Source: Promethearchaeota archaeon (lineage in GTDB: Archaea; Asgardarchaeota; Lokiarchaeia; Sigyniarchaeales; SOKP01). Taken from it: a DNA stretch of 64,000 bases. The DNA is taken from assembly GCA_016840085.1 (NCBI GenBank), contig JAEOTA010000004.1:192001-256000 (forward strand). Direction: 5' to 3'. Below the pieces are notes generated by a model that saw only the letters and a list, made by a program, of their open reading frames with translations, did not search any database and was not told where the DNA came from. This document shows positions 10,353 to 20,279 of this stretch, piece by piece (within the stretch, counting starts at the first letter, position 1; each line of letters opens with the position of its first letter). Both the position numbers and the translations under genes were made by a program.

Positions 10353-10374
10353 TTGGTATTTTTGAAAATACCAA
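10353..10374. promoter_or_regulatory. Perfect inverted repeat TTGGTATTTT-tg-AAAATACCAA, candidate operator
   Basis: 10-bp arms ending 28 nt upstream of the winged-helix ORF at 10402. Confidence 0.5.
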
Positions 10375-10401
10375 TAAAACTAAGGAAAGAGGTAGGAGAA
10401 T

Positions 10402-10878
10402 ATGAACATATCATTTGAAATGATTATGAATTACATTTTAGATTACCTATTAAAGGAAAAAGAAATAATTCCAACAGAAGAATTAGCAAATAGATTAAAG
10501 AGATATTTTATTAAACAGTTTGAGCTTACAGAAGAAGAATTGAATAATGTGAGGAATCAATCTTTTGATAAAAAACTTAAAATAAGAATGAGAAAAGTCT
10601 GTAAATATTTTGAGGAATATGGCTTAGTTCTTCAATTGGATTCAGATTGTTTTAGGGTTACTGAATTAGCTTCTAAACTCAAAGAAGAAAATAATACTAT
10701 TGATAAAAATGCTATTATAAGAAATAGAGATCTACATCATAATCTATATGCCAAAATAACTGGAGATGAAAAATATTTATATGAAGATGATGTTGTTAGC
10801 CTTTTAGATATGGATGTTGTTGAAGAAGAGGAACCAATCATAAAAGAAAAAAAGAACGATACAATTCCATTAATATAA
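10402..10878 (+). CDS. Winged-helix protein resembling the Mrr N-terminal domain
   Basis: F.LTEEEL, R.....Y....GLV, FRVTE pattern; no nuclease domain follows. Confidence 0.5.
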   Translation: MNISFEMIMNYILDYLLKEKEIIPTEELANRLKRYFIKQFELTEEELNNVRNQSFDKKLKIRMRKVCKYFEEYGLVLQLDSDCFRVTELASKLKEENNTIDKNAIIRNRDLHHNLYAKITGDEKYLYEDDVVSLLDMDVVEEEEPIIKEKKNDTIPLI

Positions 10879-11118
10879 TTTTTTCATATTTTTTTCTTTA
10901 AAATTGAAGTCAAAATGAATTATATTAATATTTAGATTATGTAAATATGAAACTCTTAATGGAAAATGATGGGATTTTTAAAATTGGAGTTTTTGAAATT
11001 ATTAAAATTAAAAAATCAAATTTATTTGTTCTCTTATATTTTGTTGAATTTAATTTTTAACAAATAGAATATTATCAATAACAAGTGAAAATTAAAAAAA
11101 TAAAAATTATGTTCACTA

Positions 11119-11139
11119 AATTTTATTCTATTAAAAATT
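11119..11139 (+). repeat. Direct repeat, right (attR-like)
   Basis: Exact 21-nt match to 8358-8378. Confidence 0.7.
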
Positions 11140-11216
11140 ACTTTATTTCACTAAGATTAATTGAATTATCATTTAAATCTAAAATATTATAATAAATAAA
11201 GGGGATCTTTTATTCT

Positions 11217-12521
11217 TTGAATGAAGAAGAATACAAACAGATGATTAAACGCTGTCTCCGTTGTTCTATATGCAAGTGGATTCCGCAGCTACAAATCAAA
11301 AGCCAAAAGTATGCAACAATATGCCCGTCCATAGATTTGTTTAATTATCATGCATATAGTGCAGGAGGTCGTATTATTTTAGCTTTAGCTTTAGAAATGG
11401 GAAGACTAAAACCCTCACCAGAATTACGGGATATTGTGTATAAATGTACTGCATGTGGTGGCTGTGATGTTGCTTGTAAGTTTTTGAATACTTTAGAACC
11501 ACTAGAAATCATCATGAAACTAAGAGAAAGATTAGTCAATGCTGGATATGGTCCTATGCCCAAACAACAGCAATATATCGAAGCTGTAAAAAAATTTAAT
11601 AATCCCTATAATGAACCTCATGAAAAGAGAATGAATTGGCTCCCTGATGATATCAAGCTTGATCCAAACGCAAAAATTCTGTATTTTGTAGGCTGTACTT
11701 CATCTTATAGAAGGAAAGAAATAGCTGTAGCAACTACTAAGATTATGCAAGCTGTGGGAGTCTCTTTCAATATTATACAACATGAAGAATATTGTTGTGG
11801 TAGCCCTGTTTTAAGAACTGGAGATGTTAAGACTTTTAAAGAATATCTTAACAAAAATCTTGATGTGATTGAATCAAAAGGAATAGAAACGGTAGTTTTT
11901 AGTTGTGCTGGGTGTTATGATACATTTAAAGTCGATTATCCTCTCTATAGAAAATATAATTTTCGCGTCCTTCATACAGTAGAATTTTTTAATGAATTAC
12001 TTGAGAAGGAGCATTTACACTTTACAAAAGAGGTGCCTTTAACAGTCACATATCACGATCCATGCCATTTAGGTAGAAATGCTGAAAAGTATGAGGAATG
12101 GGATGGTGATACCGTAAATTTAATGTCGCTGGTGTCTATTAATATTCCACCTAAACCTAAACGGACGGGTTCACAAGGTATCTATGATGTTCCACGAAAT
12201 ATTTTGAAAAAAATACCTGGATTAAATTTTGTTGAGATGGAAAGAATCAAAGAATACTCTTATTGTTGTGGAGCGGGTGCTGGAGTTAAATCTGCTTTTC
12301 CAGACTTTGCACTTAAAACAGCTAAAATTAGAATAGAAGAAGCACAAGATACAGGAGCAGAAGTCATTATATCAGCATGTCCCTTTTGTTCAACAAATTT
12401 ACAAGATGCAATTAAAGAAAGTGGCTCCAAATTAAAATTTTATGATATCAGTGAATTAATCCTAATGGCTCTCAAATTTGATATTAAAACTTCTAAACAA
12501 ATAGCAGAGGAGGTAACATAG
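11217..12521 (+). CDS. (Fe-S)-binding oxidoreductase with CCG domains (HdrD/GlcF-like)
   Basis: CLRCSIC, CTACGGCDVAC, YCCGSP, YHDPCHLGR, YCCGAGAG, ACPFC. Confidence 0.9.
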   Translation: MNEEEYKQMIKRCLRCSICKWIPQLQIKSQKYATICPSIDLFNYHAYSAGGRIILALALEMGRLKPSPELRDIVYKCTACGGCDVACKFLNTLEPLEIIMKLRERLVNAGYGPMPKQQQYIEAVKKFNNPYNEPHEKRMNWLPDDIKLDPNAKILYFVGCTSSYRRKEIAVATTKIMQAVGVSFNIIQHEEYCCGSPVLRTGDVKTFKEYLNKNLDVIESKGIETVVFSCAGCYDTFKVDYPLYRKYNFRVLHTVEFFNELLEKEHLHFTKEVPLTVTYHDPCHLGRNAEKYEEWDGDTVNLMSLVSINIPPKPKRTGSQGIYDVPRNILKKIPGLNFVEMERIKEYSYCCGAGAGVKSAFPDFALKTAKIRIEEAQDTGAEVIISACPFCSTNLQDAIKESGSKLKFYDISELILMALKFDIKTSKQIAEEVT

Positions 12522-14087
12522 ATGGTTCTTAAGAAGGAGATTTACAAGGATTTCGAAAAAATCGTTGGGACTGAAAATATAAATGATGGTGAAGTAATGA
12601 CTAATGTCTATGCATATAATTGGTGCATGGAAATCTTCAATTATATGGATGATAAAGAACCAATTCCCTTTTCCCCCGTTCCAAAAGCAATTATTTTGCC
12701 ATCAACAACAGAGGAAGTTCAAAACATTGTAAAATTATGTAACAAATATGGAATCCAATTTAAAGTCCAATCTACGGGTCTTGGGCCTTGGAACCAGCCC
12801 TCTACTGATAATTGCATCATTTTTGATATGCGTAGGATGAATAAAATCGTTAAAATTGACGAAAAAAACCTTTATGCCGTAATAGAACCATATGTGAGTG
12901 GTGCACAACTACAGGCAGAACTAATGAAATATAATCTTAATTGCCACATGCCTGGTGCTGGACCTATGGTTTCTCCATTAGCAAGTCATACTTCGATGAA
13001 TGGTCCTGGTTTTACTTCTCCTCAAACAGGACATTCTGCTCGTAATGTGTTAGGTGTCGAATGGGTATTACCTGATGGAGAGATTTTAAGATTAGGTTCT
13101 CTTGGTCTTAAAAATGGATCTGATTGGTATTATGGTGATGGTCCAGGTCCTAGTTTAAGGGGGATCATGCGGGGTTGGGCAGGTGCGAAATCTGGTATTG
13201 GTGTGTTCACTCGAGTAGCTATAAAATTATTTCCCTATCCTTGTAGTACAGAATATAATATTAAAGGATGTTCTCCTGATTATGATTTTGATATCCCTAA
13301 TTTTATGAAATTATATGTAATGGATTGCGGGAACTTTAAGAAGCTCGAATCCACTATGCTAAGAGTGGAAGAGGAGGAAATTTCATTAATGTGTAGTTAT
13401 TTAAGTGGTTTTGCGGTAATGGCCATTTTTTCAAATTCTATTGAGAGTTTAATGGATAAACTGACTATCGGAAGGATGAAAACCCCTATTGTAGTGTTAA
13501 TCACTGGTCGCACAAAAAGAGAATTTGAATATAAACAAAAAGTTATGGAACAAATTTTACAAGAGTTTAAGTTAAAGAACATAATTGGAAAAATTTATAC
13601 ACCCAAACCAATTTTTTATGCTGAAGCTTTACGCTCTAATCTAGGATTGCATGGATTCATAGCTACGGGAGGTTTTCAGTCATCTAAAGGGGGAGCAGAT
13701 ACAGCAGCGGTATGCCTTCGCAGCACGAAAATGAATATTCCTTTGAAGAAAAAATATATTAAAAAAGGAGCACTCGCCAATGATTTAGGAGAAGGCACAT
13801 GGATGACTTCTTACGAATCTGGACACTATTTCCATATGGAATCACCCACTATGTTTGATCAAACAGATGAAAATAGTGTTAAAGGAATGGCAGAATATAT
13901 GGAAGAAAGTAATCAATTAGACCTACTTAAGCATCTAGGTGCTCCATTTTTCGTAGAAGGAACGCGAATGCATGATTTATTTGGACCCCATATGTCTAAT
14001 TATCATATATGGCTTAGAAAGATTAAAGAAGTATTTGATCCAAATAATATTGCGGATTCTGGATTTTATATTTCACCAAAGAATTAA
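12522..14087 (+). CDS. FAD-binding oxidoreductase (VAO/PCMH family)
   Basis: P.TTEEVQ.IVKLCN, IEPYV, GIGVFT, C-terminal IKEVFDPNN. Confidence 0.85.
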   Translation: MVLKKEIYKDFEKIVGTENINDGEVMTNVYAYNWCMEIFNYMDDKEPIPFSPVPKAIILPSTTEEVQNIVKLCNKYGIQFKVQSTGLGPWNQPSTDNCIIFDMRRMNKIVKIDEKNLYAVIEPYVSGAQLQAELMKYNLNCHMPGAGPMVSPLASHTSMNGPGFTSPQTGHSARNVLGVEWVLPDGEILRLGSLGLKNGSDWYYGDGPGPSLRGIMRGWAGAKSGIGVFTRVAIKLFPYPCSTEYNIKGCSPDYDFDIPNFMKLYVMDCGNFKKLESTMLRVEEEEISLMCSYLSGFAVMAIFSNSIESLMDKLTIGRMKTPIVVLITGRTKREFEYKQKVMEQILQEFKLKNIIGKIYTPKPIFYAEALRSNLGLHGFIATGGFQSSKGGADTAAVCLRSTKMNIPLKKKYIKKGALANDLGEGTWMTSYESGHYFHMESPTMFDQTDENSVKGMAEYMEESNQLDLLKHLGAPFFVEGTRMHDLFGPHMSNYHIWLRKIKEVFDPNNIADSGFYISPKN

Positions 14088-14099
14088 TAAGTTAGTAAT

Positions 14100-14516
14100 A
14101 TGTCAGAATTGAAAGTAGAAAATAAAAAAGTAAGAGGTTTTGCGGGGCTAGTTAAAAATATGCTTGCCCCTTTAAATGAAAATGAGAAATTCAAGGAAAA
14201 ATTTCAAAATATTGATGTGAAAATTCTCATAAACGCAGTAAATGTAAATTTTGCAGCATTAATTATCATTGATAATGGAAAATTAACAGTAGAGAGTATC
14301 CCAAATAAACCAAAAGAAAATTTAAGAAAGAAAAATACGGGTTGGAGTGCATTCATAGAGATGGATACACAGATTTTTCTTGCATTTGTTATGAATCGAA
14401 TTTCTTTATTTGGAATAGCTAAAAAATGGGTAACTCGCAAAATAAGACTGAAGGGAATCATGAAATTACTCAATTTATTGAAATTGTTGAGACTATTAAT
14501 AAAAAACAATAAATAG
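14100..14516 (+). CDS. SCP2 sterol/lipid-binding domain-like protein
   Basis: Size and pattern (N..F, I..G.L.V, C-terminal KIRLKGIMKLL) typical of the SCP2 fold. Confidence 0.55.
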   Translation: MSELKVENKKVRGFAGLVKNMLAPLNENEKFKEKFQNIDVKILINAVNVNFAALIIIDNGKLTVESIPNKPKENLRKKNTGWSAFIEMDTQIFLAFVMNRISLFGIAKKWVTRKIRLKGIMKLLNLLKLLRLLIKNNK

Positions 14517-14558
14517 ATTATGTTTTGTAAAAACTAAGAAATAAGAGAGAATATTATT

Positions 14559-15605
14559 ATGAGTGAAAAGATTAAAGAAAAATGGTTGGGGCCTGGTCGA
14601 AAAGATGGAGAAATAAAGCCTATCCGACCAAAAGATGATGCATTACATATAGATATGAAAAAGAGAGGTACTATAGAATGGTGGTATTTTGATGCTCGCC
14701 TTGAAAATGGATATACAATTGTTGGTTTTTTTCGTGCAAAACACGAAAGAACAGGGAAGACTGGGGTAGAAATAACGGTTTATAAACCAAATGGTGAAAA
14801 AATCCAGAAAATTTTCGATTATAGCCATTCTGATTTTAATGCTTCTCAAGATTTAGCTGAAGTTCAAATTGGCAAAAATTATATAAAGGTTGGTTATTCT
14901 AACGAAAGTTTTCCTGTATATAAAGTGTTTATAGATGAAGGTGAATATGGTTTTCACTTAAAGTATACTGCATTAGTTCACGGCTGGAAACCTGGAACTG
15001 GATACATTGAGTTTGGTAAATCAAATTATTTTGGATGGTGCATAGCTCTTCCTCGAGCAAGTGTAGAAGGAATTATTAAAGTTCACAATCAAACAATTCA
15101 AGTAAAAGGAATTGGATATCACGATCATAATTGGTTAAATTTTAATTTTGCTTTAATAATAGATTATTGGTATTGGGGACGGATATACTCTGAAAATTTC
15201 ACAGTTGTTTTTGCATATATTAAATGCAATAAAAAAATGCATAATTATCCAATTAAAGTGCTTATGATTGCTAAAAATGAAAATATTATCCTTAGTACAG
15301 GAGAATATGAGTTGATCCAAGATAATTTTAACTACAATGATAGGGCTGGGAATAAATATCCAAATCTTCTAAAGATCATTGTTCCTCAACAGCATGAAAT
15401 TATTCTTAATGTTCAAGAGATTATTGATGCTGATAATTTGCTTTTTGAATTAAATCCCATCACACGTTTTATAGCAAAAAACCTCTTAAAATTAAAACCT
15501 GGGTATTTTAGGTTAAATTCTAACTTCATACTTAATATAACACATGAGGGGAAATCATATAGAGAAACAGGAAGCACACTGCACGAAATGGTTATTACAA
15601 AATAA
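14559..15605 (+). CDS. Lipocalin-like CrtC/AttH/tocopherol-cyclase family protein
   Basis: EWWYFDA and GIGYHDHNW motifs, W.WGR. Confidence 0.75.
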   Translation: MSEKIKEKWLGPGRKDGEIKPIRPKDDALHIDMKKRGTIEWWYFDARLENGYTIVGFFRAKHERTGKTGVEITVYKPNGEKIQKIFDYSHSDFNASQDLAEVQIGKNYIKVGYSNESFPVYKVFIDEGEYGFHLKYTALVHGWKPGTGYIEFGKSNYFGWCIALPRASVEGIIKVHNQTIQVKGIGYHDHNWLNFNFALIIDYWYWGRIYSENFTVVFAYIKCNKKMHNYPIKVLMIAKNENIILSTGEYELIQDNFNYNDRAGNKYPNLLKIIVPQQHEIILNVQEIIDADNLLFELNPITRFIAKNLLKLKPGYFRLNSNFILNITHEGKSYRETGSTLHEMVITK

Positions 15606-15654
15606 GCTGATGCTATTTTATATAAATTTTAAAAAACAACTAACTTTCTTTTCT

Positions 15655-16347
15655 TTATTTTTCGTCTAAAGCTTTTTTAGGAAATAATCGCTCTTTTAAT
15701 TTAACTGTACTTGTTTCCATATCATAATCTACAAGTCCGACTTTCGCTAATTCCTGAACAGCCCTTAAAACAAACGCACCAGAAATTCCAGTAGTGTTCT
15801 TTATTTCCTCTCGCGACATAGATTCTTTATCACCGTGGAGAATTTTTAAAATACGATAATGTGGCTGGCCCTCCCAGATTTCTGATACTAAAACTGTATA
15901 AATTGAGAGTAAAGCGCGTACTCGTTCAAAATTAAATTCAGCTTCTTCAGCTTCTTCAGCTACCTTCATAAATTTCTCTAATTCAACCTTCACTTTTTTA
16001 TATTCATCTAATAATTTTATTTGTTCTTCTGTTAAAGAGCCAATTTTTTGATCTCTCTCTTGTTTTTCTAATTCAAGTTTCTTTGTCTCTTCCTCTAATT
16101 TTTTCTTATCGATCTCTAATTGTTGCTTTTCATTTTCCAACTTACTTTTTGCTTCTTCTAATTGTATTTTCTCGGTTTCAAGTTTCTCCTTAATTTTACT
16201 TAACTCTACTTTATCGGTTTCAAGTTTAATTAATGCAGTTCTAGAGGTTTCCAAAATATCTATAAATTCTTTAAAACTTGATTCAGCAGCTTGAATTGTT
16301 TCATCAATAATATTTAAGGTCTTATCTTTATCTGACATTGGAATCAC
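15655..16347 (-). CDS. Coiled-coil protein with heptad repeats and a C-terminal winged helix
   Basis: KLETEKI/QLEEAKS/KLENEKQ heptads; SREEIKNTTGISGAFVLRAVQELAKVGLV HTH. Confidence 0.7.
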   Translation of the reverse strand: MIPMSDKDKTLNIIDETIQAAESSFKEFIDILETSRTALIKLETDKVELSKIKEKLETEKIQLEEAKSKLENEKQQLEIDKKKLEEETKKLELEKQERDQKIGSLTEEQIKLLDEYKKVKVELEKFMKVAEEAEEAEFNFERVRALLSIYTVLVSEIWEGQPHYRILKILHGDKESMSREEIKNTTGISGAFVLRAVQELAKVGLVDYDMETSTVKLKERLFPKKALDEK

Positions 16348-16444
16348 ATTTATTATTTTTTATTAATACTAATAAAGATTCATTGTCTAATTAAAAAGTT
16401 ATATAAAATAATTATACCTCATATTAAGAACTTAATTTTATTTC

Positions 16445-16768
16445 TTATTCTATAACCTCATTATATAGTTCCTTAAGATATTCTTTAATTTTCTCAAAAT
16501 GATTTTTCCCCAATTCTGTAATAGAGTAATATTTTCGAATTCTTCCACTTACATTTCGTTTTTCTAAAGATAAAAAACCTGAAAATGTTAATCTATTTAA
16601 CCATGGATACAATGTCCCATCTGAAATATTATATTCATGCACAGTTAACTCATTTTTTAACCATGAACCATAAAACGGTTCTTTACTAGCATGATATAAA
16701 ATGTGTACTAAGATCGAACCTTTTTGAAATCTTCTTAAAGGATTTATTGACTTCATTTCAAGAGTCAC
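16445..16768 (-). CDS. PadR-family transcriptional regulator
   Basis: YGSWL, ISDGTLYP.L, RKYYSITELG. Confidence 0.9.
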   Translation of the reverse strand: MTLEMKSINPLRRFQKGSILVHILYHASKEPFYGSWLKNELTVHEYNISDGTLYPWLNRLTFSGFLSLEKRNVSGRIRKYYSITELGKNHFEKIKEYLKELYNEVIE

Positions 16769-16840
16769 AATTTTTTACTTTTTAGTCAATTATAATCGAA
16801 AATTCAATAATATTAATAAAAAATAATATATATTTAATAT

Positions 16841-16869
16841 TATCGAAAATCGATATCGTTAATCGATAT
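16841..16869. promoter_or_regulatory. Two overlapping TATCG-N5-CGATA palindromes, likely PadR operator
   Basis: TATCGAAAATCGATA and ATATCGTTAATCGATAT between the divergent padR and MFS genes. Confidence 0.65.
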
Positions 16870-16907
16870 TAATGGAATTTAATATAATAATATAGTCATA
16901 ATACTAA

Positions 16908-18152
16908 TTGAAAATGTCTGAAAATAATGAATCAAATGAAAAGACTGGTCAAAAACAGAAAATGGTTTTAGGAGTCTCAATACCTGTTTTCATTATGGGA
17001 CTCGTTTCATTTTTTACTGATGTATCATCAGAGATGATTCAAGCGATTTTGCCTTTATTTATTGTTTCTATTGGTGGAACTGTGTTAATTTTAGGGCTGA
17101 TTTCAGGAGTTACTACTGCACTCTCAAATATTATGAAGGGACTTTCAGGCTGGTTGAGTGATAAAATCAACAAGAGAAAGCCATTTGTTGTTGCAGGATA
17201 TTCTATCTCTAATCTTTCTAAACCTTTTATTGGTTTTAGTCCTTCATGGCAATATATTCTGGGATTAAAAGCAACAGATCGCTTTGGTAAAGGCTTACGA
17301 ACATCTGCAAGAGATACGCTAATTTCTTATTATGCTGTTGAGAGAGGTAAAGCTTTTGGAATACATCGCGCGATGGATACTTTTGGAGCTGTGGTTGGTT
17401 CTCTCTTAGCATCTATATTCCTGCTTTGGGCATGGGCTTATTCACAAATAATCTTTTTTTCAATTTTCCCTGGTTTATTTGCGATTTTTTTTATTTTAAT
17501 AGTAAAAGATGTTGATCCAACTAAATTAGACGAAACCAAGTTTAAGTATTATGGAGTACCAAAAGTAGATAAAATAGACAGAAATTTTATAAAATTAATT
17601 ATCATTTTAGGAGTAATAGAATTTGCAAGCTTAGATATTGCATTCCTTATTATTAGATCATGTGATTATGTTGGATCACTACTTTTCATAATACCACTGT
17701 TATATCTCCTTAGTAATGTAGTTTATATGCTTCTTTCACCTATAACAGGGACAATCTCAGATAAGATCGGACGCAAGTCTGTCATTGTTGTCGGTTTATC
17801 AGTATTATTATTTTCTTGTATTTTATTGGCATTTTCTATTGAAGTTTCATTGTTTTCCTTAATATTGATTATTATAATTTACATATTGTATGGCTTCTAT
17901 CTGTCTTCTGTAGATCCAATTTCGAGAGCGTATATCGCCGACTTAGCAGGTAAAAATAAGCGAGGTAGAGCCTACGGATATTATTATTTATCTGTTGGAC
18001 TTATATCTATGGTAGAGTCTTTGATTTTTGGGTTAATTTACGATTTGTTTTCGTTTAGTTGGGCCTTCATTTACATTTCAATTTTGTTGTTCTTTTGTAT
18101 AATAGTATTTATTATAACTGATTTCTCGAAGATTATTCAAAAGAAAGATTAA
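16908..18152 (+). CDS. MFS transporter
   Basis: ~12 TM helices, G.LSDKI.RK motif A twice. Confidence 0.9.
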   Translation: MKMSENNESNEKTGQKQKMVLGVSIPVFIMGLVSFFTDVSSEMIQAILPLFIVSIGGTVLILGLISGVTTALSNIMKGLSGWLSDKINKRKPFVVAGYSISNLSKPFIGFSPSWQYILGLKATDRFGKGLRTSARDTLISYYAVERGKAFGIHRAMDTFGAVVGSLLASIFLLWAWAYSQIIFFSIFPGLFAIFFILIVKDVDPTKLDETKFKYYGVPKVDKIDRNFIKLIIILGVIEFASLDIAFLIIRSCDYVGSLLFIIPLLYLLSNVVYMLLSPITGTISDKIGRKSVIVVGLSVLLFSCILLAFSIEVSLFSLILIIIIYILYGFYLSSVDPISRAYIADLAGKNKRGRAYGYYYLSVGLISMVESLIFGLIYDLFSFSWAFIYISILLFFCIIVFIITDFSKIIQKKD

Positions 18153-18183
18153 ATTAATAAAATAAAATTTAATATTTGCTTTT

Positions 18184-18969
18184 ATGAATAATAAATATTG
18201 TTTAACCTCTGAAGATGTTATAAATGTTGCAATTGAGTCTTCTGGGAAAAGTAAAAAGGATTTTGAAGTTGATCCTAATATTTTCTTAATATTTTCAAGT
18301 TCTTTATTAGAATTTTTAACGGAAAAAGCTAAATTAGAACCTTCTGAATGGTTAATGCCATTTCACCCCTATGCAGGTCCAGAAAAAATCTTTAGAGGTA
18401 AATATCATGATATCCCCATTACTGTGTTAATTCCACCAATGGGTGCTTCGCCAATAGCTTCAATCGCAGAAGATTTAATTCAATGTGGAGCAAAAGTCAT
18501 TCTTCTTGTATGTGGTTCTTGGGGCATTGGCAAAGAAGTAAAAGTGCTTGATTACTTAATACCAACTCATGGCTTAGGTCCTGATGGAACATCAATCCAT
18601 TACGGAAGAAAAATAGAAGAAGAAATAGAGATTGATAAAGATATAAAGGATATTCTTGCTGTAGAAACTCAGAAAAGAACTGAAAAATACCACATTGGGA
18701 AAAATTACTCAAAAGAAGCATTCTATACAATAACACAAGAGGAAGTTTACAATCTTCAAGAAAGAGGATGCATCTCGATGGAAAATGGGGAACTAAATGT
18801 ACTAGCAACAATATGCAAAAAAAAAAATGTAAAATTTGGTGCTATTTTTTATAGTTATTACAATCCTCTTGAAGGATGGAGAATTCCATGGATTGAAGAT
18901 CAGTATAAAAACTGTGTACATATTGAAGGAGAAATTGCTCTAGCAACGCTGGAAAAAATCATTAGCTGA
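18184..18969 (+). CDS. Nucleoside phosphorylase (PNP/UDP family)
   Basis: MGASP, G.....VCG, DGTS.HY, SMEN. Confidence 0.75.
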   Translation: MNNKYCLTSEDVINVAIESSGKSKKDFEVDPNIFLIFSSSLLEFLTEKAKLEPSEWLMPFHPYAGPEKIFRGKYHDIPITVLIPPMGASPIASIAEDLIQCGAKVILLVCGSWGIGKEVKVLDYLIPTHGLGPDGTSIHYGRKIEEEIEIDKDIKDILAVETQKRTEKYHIGKNYSKEAFYTITQEEVYNLQERGCISMENGELNVLATICKKKNVKFGAIFYSYYNPLEGWRIPWIEDQYKNCVHIEGEIALATLEKIIS

Positions 18970-18978
18970 ATATCTTTA

Positions 18979-20238
18979 TTATTGTGTCCATAATTCAGCT
19001 AAATATATTAGCACCTCAGCGGCTTTTTGTAAAGCCAAAGTAGGTATATACTCTTTTCTAGAGTGAAATAATTCTCCTCCAGTAAAAATATTAGGTGTAG
19101 GAATTCCTTTAGCACTGAGTTGAGCCCCATCAGTACCTCCTCTAATAGCGTGAATTTTAACTTCTAGTCCAGCTAGTTCTATTGCTTTTTGAGCTAAATC
19201 TATGACTTTTTGTTCTTTCTCTAAATATCTAAACATATTTTCATATTGATGTTCAAAATTTAATTCAATTTCTAAGCCAGGATACCGAATTTCATATAGA
19301 TTTTTCATAGTTTTGAGATAATCCAGTCGCCTTTGATTTCTTTTTATATCAAAATCTCTAATCAATAGTCTTGCTGTAGCCTCTTCTGCTTTTCCTTGAA
19401 GTTTGGTTAAATGAAAAAATCCTTCCTTTTCTTCTGTATGTTCTGGTGATTCAGATTCAGGTAATTCACTAAAGAATCTGCAAGCAATATGTATTGCATT
19501 TAACATTTTATTCTTTGCATATCCGGGATGAACACTTAGACCTTTAAACTTAAACGTTGCCAACCAAGCGTCAAAACATTCGAATTCTAATTCACCCATT
19601 TCACCTCCATCTAAAGTATAACATATTTTAGGAAGCCTTTTCTCATCAACCTTAAGAATTGAATGTTTTCCTGTTTCTTCATCGGTTGTAAAACAAATTG
19701 TTATTGGTCCATGCTTTAATTCTGAATATTTTTTCCAAGAAGCACACGCTGCCATAATTTCTGCAATGCCTGCTTTGTCGTCAGCACCAAGTAGTGTATC
19801 ACCTTGTGAAGTAATTATATCAAGACCAATATAATTTTCTAAATTAGGGGAATCTGTAATTGTTAAACTTAAATCTTTATTTTGGACGTATTTTATTTCA
19901 CTTACATCATAATTTTTATGAATAACAGGTTTTACATCTTTACCATTTACAGCAGAGGAGGTATCTAAATGTGCTAATAACCCTATAGTTTTAACCTGCT
20001 CACAACCTTGACTTGGTGGAAGATCAGCATATACAAATCCCAAATCATCTTGAATAACATTTTCTAACCCAAGTTGCTTTAATTCTTCTACTAATATTTT
20101 TCCTAATTCAAATTGATTATCTGTTGATGGAAAAGAAGAGGAACTCTCATCCGAGGTCGTCCAAATCTTAACATATCGTAAAAATCTTTCTAATGCATCA
20201 TTTAATAAAAATTCTTGAATCTCTTTCGATATAGCCAT
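18979..20238 (-). CDS. pepT: Peptidase T (M20B)
   Basis: AHLDTS, LLGADDKAG, TDEE, HPGYAK, IRGGTDG, PNIFTG..FHS. Confidence 0.92.
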   Translation of the reverse strand: MAISKEIQEFLLNDALERFLRYVKIWTTSDESSSSFPSTDNQFELGKILVEELKQLGLENVIQDDLGFVYADLPPSQGCEQVKTIGLLAHLDTSSAVNGKDVKPVIHKNYDVSEIKYVQNKDLSLTITDSPNLENYIGLDIITSQGDTLLGADDKAGIAEIMAACASWKKYSELKHGPITICFTTDEETGKHSILKVDEKRLPKICYTLDGGEMGELEFECFDAWLATFKFKGLSVHPGYAKNKMLNAIHIACRFFSELPESESPEHTEEKEGFFHLTKLQGKAEEATARLLIRDFDIKRNQRRLDYLKTMKNLYEIRYPGLEIELNFEHQYENMFRYLEKEQKVIDLAQKAIELAGLEVKIHAIRGGTDGAQLSAKGIPTPNIFTGGELFHSRKEYIPTLALQKAAEVLIYLAELWTQ

Positions 20239-20279
20239 TATAATTCATTCTTAACTTTTTAGTTATTATTAAGAAATTT

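Larger units (their letters stand above)
8358..11139. mobile_element. Integrated islet bounded by 21-bp direct repeats (att-like), carrying a degenerate integrase
   Basis: AATTTTATTCTATTAAAAATT occurs identically at 8358-8378 and 11119-11139; integrase lies just inside the left repeat. Confidence 0.65.

Noticed and set aside
10151-10414. 87-aa F/I/K-rich ORF
   Set aside because: Low-complexity translation of AT-rich intergenic DNA.
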